From Candidatus Ruthia sp. Plio_17_S18 (GTDB taxonomy: Bacteria; Pseudomonadota; Gammaproteobacteria; PS1; Pseudothioglobaceae): DNA of 64,000 nt. Below the pieces are notes generated by a model. That model saw only the letters and a list, made by a program, of their open reading frames with translations. It had not been told where the DNA came from and searched no databases. Made by a program: the position numbers and the translations under genes. Below are positions 10,946 through 19,831 of the stretch, piece after piece. The stretch lies in contig CP072538.1 of assembly GCA_021730105.1 (NCBI GenBank), positions 989,161-1,053,160 of the forward strand. The letters run 5' to 3'. Position 1 is the first letter of the stretch; every line of letters starts with the position of its first letter.

Positions 10946-11115
10946 GATTTGTTCCTATGGTTAAACCAAGCAAAGCTGGCTGATGCAATTTAGCGCCTTG
11001 CTTTTTAAATGATGGCTAATAAACAAAACTGCCTAACTCGGAGTTATTTAAGGTGATTATGCACGTAGCATTGCTCATTGCTTGCTAACAAAGACATAAT
11101 GTGGTTTAAAAATAT

Positions 11116-11170
11116 AATCTATCAACTTGCCACTATAACTTTGTGGCATTTTTTATAAGCTTGATAGATT
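11116..11170. other. Nested inverted repeat (hairpin/cruciform) just 3' of the DUF1566 lipoprotein gene
   Basis: AATCTATCAA (11116-11125) pairs with TTGATAGATT (11161-11170). Inner TGCCAC (11128-11133) pairs with GTGGCA (11143-11148). Confidence 0.7.
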
Positions 11171-11191
11171 TGTTGTACAGATACCTCCATA

Positions 11192-12262
11192 TCACACTTC
11201 GAGACGAACCAACCGAACCCTAAGACTATTGCTACGAAGGTTGTCGAAATCATCGCCGTTATAGAAATCCAGTAGCCACGCATAGCTAGAACTGGTAGAA
11301 TCGATAACATTAGGCGAGGACGACCAAAAGAACTCGGCAAATGTATTCGGAAAATAATTTGTATCAATGGTTGGATTAGTTTTCCCATTGTGAGTAATAT
11401 TACTTAACTCATTAAGAGTAGGTACTTTCCAATCGGTAAATCCACAGAGTCCACTGCCAGAATTACTGCCATCCACTAAGCCTGTCCAATCCTCATAATA
11501 ATTGCCTTGTGGGTTGGCATGAGTTTTACCTAGGGCTGTTTTCCGCCACAGCGATAACGATTGTCTTTATGATGAATATTGGTGTGATTACTATCAGTTG
11601 TGTCACTGTCTTTACTACCATTGTCAGTTTTAATCTCCCAAACTAATCCTGTTGTATTGTCAAGCACGCAAGACCATTTTGTGCCAGTACTGCCTGTTGC
11701 CCATGTTGCGTTTTGGATGCTAAGTGCAGTGCCATTTACCCCTAATTTGGTAAAGTCAAACCCCGCCATGCCGCCCCTATTTTTGTTAAAGTTTGTACAT
11801 CCAGCCCATGTGAGCAGTCTTATGCTGATATGGTCTCGCCTGTACAGTCTGCATTGTTGTCTGATGGATAATCCCCGCCCCAAGTTATGCCCGTGTCATT
11901 TAGTGTGCTAGTGGCAACTGCTACTGGTAGTGCTGGTGTAGCATTGACTTAATTGCTGGATGTGCTTTCGGTGCTGTTTTTTACAGCGGTAACAACAAAA
12001 TAATAAGTGGTGGTGTTAGACAAGCCTGTAATGACATGATTATTTATAGCAATATCGTTAATTAATATACCGCCTGTTAATGCTGCATAGTTACTAATAT
12101 CGCCGCTTAAAGCAACAAAACGCAGGCTTACTTGTTGATTCCTTACTGTTGTCGTTAAATTTGTTGGCGTAGATGATTGCATATGGCGTGTTTTTAGCCA
12201 CTGCCACAAGAAAACAACAAACTAGAAAGAATTATTAGACCTAGAATTCTTAAATGTTGCAT
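11192..12262 (-). pseudogene. Lipoprotein with fibronectin type III and DUF1566 domains, pseudogene
   Basis: AAGGAG SD, then MQHLRILGLIILSSLLFS-C-GSG* (lipobox-like). FN3-like ITGLSNTTTYYFVVTAV. LNDTGITWG..DCSHG..AGFDFTKLG..WSCVLDNTTGLVWEIKT..LCGFTDWKVPTLNEL..YFPNT..FWSSS..AW..F..G..VRLVR. Multiple stops and frameshifts. Confidence 0.85.
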
Positions 12263-12279
12263 AAGACTCCTTGTTAAAA

Positions 12280-12643
12280 ATGGATAGTAAGAAACTACAA
12301 AACAATACAATTGGTGAAAGGATTGGAATGGCGAGTGAGAATTTAAAATTATCAAAATCAAAACTTTCTACAAAAATGCATTTGTCTAGGTCAACTTGTG
12401 GACAATGGGAACGTGGTATTTCTAACATATCCACTGCACATTTGATGAAACTCGCTTGTATTATAATGGTGTCATTTGAATGGCTGGCAACTGGTGGAGA
12501 CGACAGACACCAAAGATGATGATAAAAATAACAGTTATGTTGATGATAATACTAAAATGCTAGAAATCAATCCACTGTTAGACAAAACTACATCCAAACA
12601 AAAAGATTATTTACTTGAGCTGTTAAACGATATTACCCACTAA
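12280..12643 (+). pseudogene. XRE-family HTH transcriptional regulator, frameshifted
   Basis: IGERI..LSKSKLS..LSRSTCGQWERG..VSFEWLATG. Removing one GACA of GACAGACA (12502-12509) restores the frame to ..DTKDDDK..LLNDITH* at 12643. Confidence 0.8.
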
Positions 12644-12664
12644 CCTTAACAAGGTTACGTCTTG

Positions 12665-13015
12665 TCAATGCTCATCATAAAAACCTAGTATCCGCTCAAG
12701 TTTTTCCTCAATTTCTTGCGTTTCTATTGTAGTTAGCTTGGTAAGTGCATCTGAGGTAAATTTATTAACATCAATCGCACGAATATAGTCACAAACAACA
12801 TCTGAATCGTATTTTAATCGGTCTCTCGCTATTTAATTCTACAGCGTAGCGTAGAGTTGTCAATCAATGCTGTGCTTAAAGGTAAAATATTAACCGTTTT
12901 GTGGCTGTTTAAGTTATTAGATTGAAATAACTAAAACTGGGTGGGTTTTGCCAATTTCAGCACCCCTGCTAGGATTCATATTGGCTAAATAAATATTACC
13001 CCTAACAAAATTCAT
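12665..13015 (-). pseudogene. MazF/PemK-family toxin pseudogene
   Basis: MNFVRGNIYLANMNPSRGAEIGKTHPVLVI, then (frameshift) KTVNILPLST, then (stop, frameshift) DVVCDYIRAID..LERILGFYDEH*. Confidence 0.85.
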
Positions 13016-13265
13016 TTTTCTTCCCAAGGTGTCAGTAGATATGCATCATCCATGGCCTCAAAATCTCTAATCAATTCATCATCCATACCTATGAGCGCAA
13101 AGAATCTTCTCGCATTTTTTTGGCCATTTCCCCGCCTTTGACTTTCTTTTGATAATCCAGAATGGTTTTACGAATGAATGAACTTTTAGATAGATGTGCA
13201 TCGAACGCCATTTGATTAATTTGCTCAAAAAAATCGTCTTGTGTTTTTAAAGTAATTGTTTTCAT
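13012..13265 (-). pseudogene. CopG/RHH-family antitoxin, frameshifted
   Basis: MKTITLKTQDDFFEQIN..LSKSSFIRKTI. The restored C-terminus ..DFEAMDD..WEEK* overlaps the toxin ATG (ATGA). Confidence 0.75.
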
Positions 13266-13278
13266 AATACTTTTTTTA

Positions 13279-14325
13279 CTACACCATCCAATCTTTTTGA
13301 ATTTCATCAGCAGAAAACGGCTTAACGCTTAATTGTTGTATCACGCCAACATTAAGTTTAACTTCCACATCAACTGAGTCTTCTTCTCTACCTTGAGAAT
13401 AGCGTGCTAATATTTTAGCGGCAATTTGCAAATCTTCTTGATTGGGTTCGCCATCAATCAATGCTAAAGGGCCATTACAACTGGTTGGATACAAATTGTC
13501 ATATTGATTACGATAACCTTCTAGGAATTTAACTTCTCCCTCTTCTCTAGCAACAATCATTTTAAAACGAGGATTTGGGCGAATATGTCTGCCAACTTTG
13601 AGCATCATTAAATCATCCAATTGATAATCACGATTGCCACGTGATTGCCACATATCGACCAATTTATCAGAATATTGCTTATCGGTTAGAAAACAACAAC
13701 CACCTGCCGGGGTGGCGTAATCATCAAAGCCATATTCTTTTGCTAAAGACATTTGTGGCTTGCGCGTACGCCCTGAAAAATCCAATAATTTTTCTCTGTC
13801 CACCCAACCTTCAAGTTCTGCTTTGGTGGCTGGTAAATGTTTTGCACATAAGGGTCTTAGGAGCAAATCATTCGCACCTGATTCTGCTTGGACAATAGGC
13901 ATGGTCTCTTTACGCTGTGACATAGGACGTTGACCCATGACTTCGCCTGTAATAATAAAATCAAATTCATGTTCAGTCATCCACTGTTTGGCTTTTTTGA
14001 CCATAAAGCCTTTGCAATCTAGGCATGGATTCATATTTTTGCCATAACCATGCTTAGGGTTTAAAAGTACGTCACGATATTCTTCAATCACATCAATAAT
14101 GTGTAATTTGATACCTAGCTGCTCTGCCACCCACAGTGCATTATTGCGTTTTTGTTTGTCTTTTTTTTGCTTGCGGATGGCGTGTGTATGCCCCTCCACA
14201 CAAAAGCCAGTAAAAAAATTAATGCCTTCTACATGAATGCCTTGGTCGAGCATTAGTTTAGTGCTTAATAGCGAGTCTAGTCCGCCTGAAATTAACGACA
14301 CAGCTTTAATTTGTTTGTTTGTCAT
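13279..14325 (-). CDS. ThiI/MnmA-like PP-loop tRNA sulfurtransferase with C-terminal DUF814 (NFACT-R)-like domain
   Basis: SGGLDS PP-loop, NPCLDCK, TGEVMGQRPMSQ, LLLRPLCA, GRTRKPQ, PAGGCCFLTD, GRHIR..MIVAR.E.E. Confidence 0.8.
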   Translation of the reverse strand: MTNKQIKAVSLISGGLDSLLSTKLMLDQGIHVEGINFFTGFCVEGHTHAIRKQKKDKQKRNNALWVAEQLGIKLHIIDVIEEYRDVLLNPKHGYGKNMNPCLDCKGFMVKKAKQWMTEHEFDFIITGEVMGQRPMSQRKETMPIVQAESGANDLLLRPLCAKHLPATKAELEGWVDREKLLDFSGRTRKPQMSLAKEYGFDDYATPAGGCCFLTDKQYSDKLVDMWQSRGNRDYQLDDLMMLKVGRHIRPNPRFKMIVAREEGEVKFLEGYRNQYDNLYPTSCNGPLALIDGEPNQEDLQIAAKILARYSQGREEDSVDVEVKLNVGVIQQLSVKPFSADEIQKDWMV

Positions 14326-14327
14326 GC

Positions 14328-15206
14328 TTATTTCCTAGTGCCATCTACACGATACCAGTCACTTTTTTGTTTAACACTCAATGTTGAAAAATAATAACCA
14401 TACGCGTCTAAAACCATCTCTACTTGATATTGCAAAATACCAGATAGTACAATTTTTCCGCTTGATTTAATTCGCCTAGAAAAGTGCTCACACAAACCAA
14501 CCAAAGGATTGGCCAAGATATTAGCAATCAATAAGTCAACTTGATTTAATTCGCCTTCTTCGTCATTATGTAATACAGTTATTTTAGAGTCAACATGGTT
14601 AGTTTGAATATTGTTCGTAGTAGCAAGCACTGCTTGTGGGTCGTTATCAATAGCGATGACCTCTTTTGAACCTAACTTAGCTGCAGCAATTGCCAACACA
14701 CCAGTACCCGTACCATAATCAATCACAGTTAAATCTTTGGGTGGGTTTTGATCTAAATATTGCAAACATAAATCTGTTGTTTGATACGTGCCTGTGCCAA
14801 ATGCCAAGCCAGGATCCATGTCAATAATAACGGACTCTTTTGACAAAGTGGATGGATCTCCCCAAGAAGGGCAAATCCAAATATTTCTACCAAATTGCAT
14901 TTTGTGAAAATCTTTTTTACATTCGTCTTCCAAAATACGACTTTTTAACAATTCAAAAGAGACTTGTTCAATATTACAAATTTGCTTTAGCATCATCTGT
15001 ACATGCGTCTTCTCCACATCTACATTAAACAAAGCGCTGATCGTCGTATCTTGCCATAAAGGTGTTTCGCCCACAGACGGCTCAGAAATAGCATCATAAA
15101 ATGAATCACCAAAGGTAATAGATAAAGCATCCAAACCCATCAACACCTCAGAAATAAAATCCGCCTGGTCTTTGTTTGTTCTAATAGTGAGTTGCATCCA
15201 GTCCAT
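14328..15206 (-). CDS. prmA: Ribosomal protein L11 methyltransferase
   Basis: GETPLW, MQFG..WICPSW, DPGLAFGTG, DYGTGTGVLAI, ANILANPL, LSGIL. Confidence 0.93.
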   Translation of the reverse strand: MDWMQLTIRTNKDQADFISEVLMGLDALSITFGDSFYDAISEPSVGETPLWQDTTISALFNVDVEKTHVQMMLKQICNIEQVSFELLKSRILEDECKKDFHKMQFGRNIWICPSWGDPSTLSKESVIIDMDPGLAFGTGTYQTTDLCLQYLDQNPPKDLTVIDYGTGTGVLAIAAAKLGSKEVIAIDNDPQAVLATTNNIQTNHVDSKITVLHNDEEGELNQVDLLIANILANPLVGLCEHFSRRIKSSGKIVLSGILQYQVEMVLDAYGYYFSTLSVKQKSDWYRVDGTRK

Positions 15207-15356
15207 AGCGGATAAATTATACCCTACAGAATACTGCTAATACCTCGTCACACACCTTCTTTACAAACATAATGGATATTTCTATAAAAACCTAGTAAAA
15301 TATTAAGGTATTAGGTATAATAGGTTCACTTTTTCACAAAATAACTAGGCAATCAA

Positions 15357-15647
15357 ATGGGACTAGAAAGAACAGGCAATGGCTACTTAGCTGATCCAAC
15401 AATTTGGACGCAAGATATTATGCATGAAATGGCCAAGGAAGATGACATTGAATTAACTGAAAGTATGGTTAATCAAATCCTTGTAGCCAGAGAATATTTT
15501 GAGGAAAATTCATCAGTACCCCCAATTAGAACTTTTGCTAAAGTTGTGGGTATTGATAAAAAAATCCTATTTAAAGAATGGTTAACTGGCCCGATGAAAC
15601 CTATTACCAAATATGGTGGTATGCCCCAACCAACAGGTTGTGTTTAA
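15357..15647 (+). CDS. TusE/DsrC/DsvC-family sulfur relay protein (single C-terminal Cys)
   Basis: GYL.DP..W, AREYFEEN..PPIR, C-terminal GGMPQPTGCV. Confidence 0.88.
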   Translation: MGLERTGNGYLADPTIWTQDIMHEMAKEDDIELTESMVNQILVAREYFEENSSVPPIRTFAKVVGIDKKILFKEWLTGPMKPITKYGGMPQPTGCV

Positions 15648-15665
15648 TCATTAACTTAACATAAA

Positions 15666-18263
15666 TTAAATTAATGATTTAACTGAGGCAAGTGCCTTGG
15701 TTAAATGCTCAGGCTGAGTGCCACCGCCTTGTGCCATATCTGGGCGACCACCGCCTTTCCCGTCAATTTGCTCTGCAACATGGTTAAGAATTTTTCCAGC
15801 TTGATATTGCTTAGTCAAATCTTTTGTTACGCCTGCAACTAGCGATACTTTATCATTACTTACTACTGCTAATACGATAATAGCTGAGCCCAGTTTGTCT
15901 TTGAGTTTATCAGCAATATCACGCAAATCTTTGGCACTCACCCCTTCTACGACAGTTGATAGTAATTTAATACCTTTTACTTCTTGCGCTTGTCCAACCA
16001 AATCATCGCCTTGATTGCTGGCTAATTGTTTTTGAAAAGTGGCAATTTGTTTTTCTAATTCTTTTTGATGTTTAATTAATTGCGTGACTTTTTCTACCAC
16101 TTGCGCATTACTTGACTTGGTTATTTGTGCAATTTCATTCAAGCTGTTTTGCGTTTGATTGTCAAATTGATATGCATCGTAGCCTGTTAGCGCTTCAATA
16201 CGACGCACACCAGCAGAAACACCACCTTCTGAGGTAATTCTAACAAGTCCAATATCGCCAAGTTGATTTACATGCGTACCGCCACACAATTCCACTGAAA
16301 AATCATCTTTACCCATGGTTAAAACGCGCACAGTGTCGCCATATTTTTCGCCAAATAGCGCCATTGCGCCTTTCTTTTTTGCATTTTCAATATTAGTAAT
16401 ATCGGTATGTACTTTTGTGTTTTCTAAAATCTTACGATTAACCATGTTTTCAATTTTTTCCAAGTCTGACTTGGCAATCACCTCATCATGCGAAAAGTCA
16501 AAACGCAGTTTTTCACTATCAACCAAGGATCCTTTTTGTGTTGCTGTCTCACCCAGCACAATGCGAAGTGCAGCGTGTAATAAATGTGTTGCTGAGTGGT
16601 TTCTAGCAATGCATTTACGAGATTTTTTATCAACATTGGCTTGTACTACATCACCAACTTTTAAAACACCTTTATTTAGAATACCATGATGCTCAAATGC
16701 ACCTGATTTTTGCTTATTCGTATGACTCACTCTAAATTCAACTTGTGTATTAGACAACACGCCACTATCGCCAATTTGGCCGCCTGACTCGGCATAAAAA
16801 CTTGACTGAACTAAAACAACAACGCCGTACTCACCTGCTTCAATTTTTTCAACCAATTTTCCACCTTTAACAAGTGCTACAATTGAAGCAACATTTTCCA
16901 ATTGTTCATAGCCTAGAAACTCAGTTGCCTCACTAATATCAACTTTTTTTTTCAACGTTTTAAAATCGCCTGCTTGTCGGGCGCGGTCTCTTTGTTTGGT
17001 CATCTCAAACTCAAAGCCTGACATATCAATGGTTAAATGATGCTCACGAGCAATATCTGCTGTTAAATCCACTGGAAAGCCATAGGTATCGTAAAGTTTA
17101 AAAACTGTTTTACCATCAATCTCACCACCTTTAAGATTGACAATTGCCTCTTCTAAAAGACTCATACCCTGGTCTAGTGTTTGTGCAAAGCGTTGTTCTT
17201 CGCGCTTTAGTATTTTTTCAACCTTGGGTAAAACTTGTTTTAATGCTGGATAAACATCTTTAAGCTCTAATGCTAGTACTGGTGCTAAACGGTAGAAAAA
17301 TACTTTATCAACACCCATCTTATGCCCATGACGAATTGCGCGTCGAATAATACGACGAAGTACGTAACCCCTACCTTCATTTGAAGGAATGACACCGTCA
17401 ACAATCATAAAAGCAGTAGAACGAATATGATCAGCAATCACACGCACCGAGGCATTGTCATTTTTAATATTATTGGATTTAGGTGGTAGGTCCACGATGG
17501 CCTTAACAAGACTTTGAAAACCATCTGTATAGTAATTGTTATTCTTGTGTTGTAACACAGCGGCTAAACGTTCCAAGCCCATACCTGTATCTACACAAGG
17601 CGCGACCAATGGTTTTAAATAGCCATCTTCTTGTTTATCAAATTGTGTAAATACCAAGTTCCAGATTTCAATATATCGGTCACCATCTTCATCAGCATGC
17701 CCTGGTGGACCACCGGCAATATGCTCACCATGGTCATAAAAAATCTCACTTGATGGACCACATGGGCCTGTATCACCCATTTGCCAAAAATTATCTTTAG
17801 CACCACAACGAGAAATGCGATTTTTAGGAAAGCCAATTTCATTAACCCAAATGTATTCTGCCTCATAATCCTTTTCAAATACACTTACCCAAAGCTTTTC
17901 TTTGGACAGGTTTAACTCTTTTGTGAGAAATTCCCAAGCATAATGAATGGCTTCACGCTTAAAGTAATCGCCAAAACTAAAATTACCTAGCATTTCAAAA
18001 AAAGTATGGTGGCGCGCTGTATAACCAACATTTTCAAGATCATTGTGCTTGCCGCCAGCGCGCACGCAACGCTGAACCGATACAGCGCGCGTATATGGAC
18101 GCTTTTCTACACCACTAAATACATCCTTAAACGGCACCATGCCTGAATTAACAAACAATACAGTTTTATCATTATGAGGAATAAGTGATGCACTAGACTC
18201 AATTGTATGGCCTTTTGATTCAAAATAATCTAAGAATTTTTGTCTAATTTGTGCGGTTTTCAT
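15666..18263 (-). CDS. alaS: Alanine--tRNA ligase
   Basis: QRCVRAGGKHNDLENVGYTARHHTFFEMLGNFSFGDYFK, HSATHLLH, ELCGGTH, GGGRPDMAQGGG. Confidence 0.99.
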   Translation of the reverse strand: MKTAQIRQKFLDYFESKGHTIESSASLIPHNDKTVLFVNSGMVPFKDVFSGVEKRPYTRAVSVQRCVRAGGKHNDLENVGYTARHHTFFEMLGNFSFGDYFKREAIHYAWEFLTKELNLSKEKLWVSVFEKDYEAEYIWVNEIGFPKNRISRCGAKDNFWQMGDTGPCGPSSEIFYDHGEHIAGGPPGHADEDGDRYIEIWNLVFTQFDKQEDGYLKPLVAPCVDTGMGLERLAAVLQHKNNNYYTDGFQSLVKAIVDLPPKSNNIKNDNASVRVIADHIRSTAFMIVDGVIPSNEGRGYVLRRIIRRAIRHGHKMGVDKVFFYRLAPVLALELKDVYPALKQVLPKVEKILKREEQRFAQTLDQGMSLLEEAIVNLKGGEIDGKTVFKLYDTYGFPVDLTADIAREHHLTIDMSGFEFEMTKQRDRARQAGDFKTLKKKVDISEATEFLGYEQLENVASIVALVKGGKLVEKIEAGEYGVVVLVQSSFYAESGGQIGDSGVLSNTQVEFRVSHTNKQKSGAFEHHGILNKGVLKVGDVVQANVDKKSRKCIARNHSATHLLHAALRIVLGETATQKGSLVDSEKLRFDFSHDEVIAKSDLEKIENMVNRKILENTKVHTDITNIENAKKKGAMALFGEKYGDTVRVLTMGKDDFSVELCGGTHVNQLGDIGLVRITSEGGVSAGVRRIEALTGYDAYQFDNQTQNSLNEIAQITKSSNAQVVEKVTQLIKHQKELEKQIATFQKQLASNQGDDLVGQAQEVKGIKLLSTVVEGVSAKDLRDIADKLKDKLGSAIIVLAVVSNDKVSLVAGVTKDLTKQYQAGKILNHVAEQIDGKGGGRPDMAQGGGTQPEHLTKALASVKSLI

Positions 18264-18311
18264 TTTGCCAAAAGTGCTTGATAAAAAATGCGCATTATAC
18301 GCCGTAAAAGC

Positions 18312-18926
18312 TTATCCAATAAGGGAAGTGTCTCCTGCACCTTGGCGAATAATATCAGCACCGCCTGAAGATAAATCAATCACAGTGGTTGGTTCTAATG
18401 GACAATAACCCCCATCAATAATCACATCTACATGCTTTTCTAATGCATCACGTACATCATCAATATCAAAAAACTCACAATCTTTGATAATTAATGACAC
18501 GCTCATCATTGGCTCATTTAATGTATCCAATAAAGCCTGCACCACACCATGATTAGATACTCTAAGACCAATGTTTTTTTTCTTAGCATGTAACAAGCGA
18601 TTAGGTATGTCGCGTGTACCTTGTAAGATAAATGTATATGCACCAGGTAGAATTTTCTTGAGCAGTCTAAAAGCAGTATTGTCCAACTTGGCATATTCAC
18701 CGATATGCGCCAAATCACGCATCATCAAGGTAAAGTGATGTCGTTTTGAAAGATTACGAATGCGTCTAATACGCTCTAACCCGTTTTTATTGCCTAACGT
18801 TGTCCCCAATGCATAGCCAGAATCTGTTGGATAGGCAATCACTGCACCACGACGCAACTCATCAACTACCTGTTCAATCAAGCGCAGCTGTGGGTTTTTC
18901 GAGTGAATTTCTAATAATTTTGCCAT
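18312..18926 (-). CDS. yciO: Sua5/YciO-family (threonylcarbamoyl-AMP synthase-like) protein
   Basis: IHSKNPQLRLI, IAYPTDSGYALG, PGAYTFIL, PTTVIDL. Start taken at ATG 18926. Confidence 0.88.
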   Translation of the reverse strand: MAKLLEIHSKNPQLRLIEQVVDELRRGAVIAYPTDSGYALGTTLGNKNGLERIRRIRNLSKRHHFTLMMRDLAHIGEYAKLDNTAFRLLKKILPGAYTFILQGTRDIPNRLLHAKKKNIGLRVSNHGVVQALLDTLNEPMMSVSLIIKDCEFFDIDDVRDALEKHVDVIIDGGYCPLEPTTVIDLSSGGADIIRQGAGDTSLIG

Positions 18927-19750
18927 GTCCAATTTCTCCATATTGCTTGTCCAAAATTAGGCAAATCTTGCAAACAACCAATTTGTATTCTTTGATTGGA
19001 CCAGCCGTGATAATCAGAACCACTTGACGCTAACAACCCCAGTTCACTCGCCCATTGACTAGCAAGTCTAATTTCATCAGCACTGCTTGTGGCTGTTACC
19101 ACTTCAATCCCGCCACAACCATTAACCGCCAAATCACTCATCATGCGTTTAATTTTAGTATGTGTCATTCTATAACGAAAAGGATGTGCCAACACTGCCA
19201 CGCCACCTGCATCGCGTATCCACCCAATCACCTCATCAAATTGCGCCCACTTGACTCCTATACCACCTGGTTTTTTGCCTGCTAAAAAACGCCTGAATAC
19301 TGATTTCATGTCCTTACAAATACCTTCTTGAATCAGCATTTGGGCAAAATGTGTGCGAGTAATCATACCTGTTTTAGCAAGTGCTTTGGTTTTTTCCATG
19401 GCGCCAATAATGCCAGCCCCACCCAGACTACGTGCTATTTTTTCGCTGCGAATTTCTCGAAGCTGTTGGTGTTGTTTAAGCCCAGCTTGCAATGCTTTGT
19501 TATTTGGGTTAATCTTTAACCCAAGAATATGAATCGTCATATTGTTCCATATGGCTGATATTTCAGTACCAAATACAAATTCTAAATTTAATTTATGTGC
19601 TTCAAGACTGGCTTCAGCAAGTCCATCAACCGTATCATGGTCTGTTAATGCAAACACGTCGCAGTTTTGTTTTTTGGCCAAGTGCACCACTTCAGTAGGT
19701 GATAAAACCCCGTCTGAATAATACGAATGATTGTGTAAGTCTATGACCAT
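18911..19750 (-). CDS. PHP-domain protein (YciV/TrpH-like)
   Basis: DLHNHSYYSDG, ALTDHD, GTEIS, HILGL, VLAHP, GSDYHG. Confidence 0.9.
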   Translation of the reverse strand: MVIDLHNHSYYSDGVLSPTEVVHLAKKQNCDVFALTDHDTVDGLAEASLEAHKLNLEFVFGTEISAIWNNMTIHILGLKINPNNKALQAGLKQHQQLREIRSEKIARSLGGAGIIGAMEKTKALAKTGMITRTHFAQMLIQEGICKDMKSVFRRFLAGKKPGGIGVKWAQFDEVIGWIRDAGGVAVLAHPFRYRMTHTKIKRMMSDLAVNGCGGIEVVTATSSADEIRLASQWASELGLLASSGSDYHGWSNQRIQIGCLQDLPNFGQAIWRNWTWQNY

Positions 19751-19831
19751 AAGTTGTTTATTATAATCTATCTGTTTTGCAAGCGTAATTGGCTATAATC
19801 TCAAACATAACTACTTAATACAATCAACACC

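Noticed and set aside
10960-11010. Imperfect hairpin upstream of the small DUF1566 gene as a riboswitch
   Set aside because: Weak pairing and no riboswitch consensus I recognise. An Rfam/Infernal scan would be needed.
11122-11388. 88-aa alternative-frame ORF overlapping the DUF1566 C-terminus
   Set aside because: Overlaps the real domain in another frame and has no recognisable motif.
15678-15705. Hairpin with G-U pairs in the alaS 3' end
   Set aside because: Could terminate the convergent tusE-like transcript, but it lies within coding sequence and lacks a clear U-tract.
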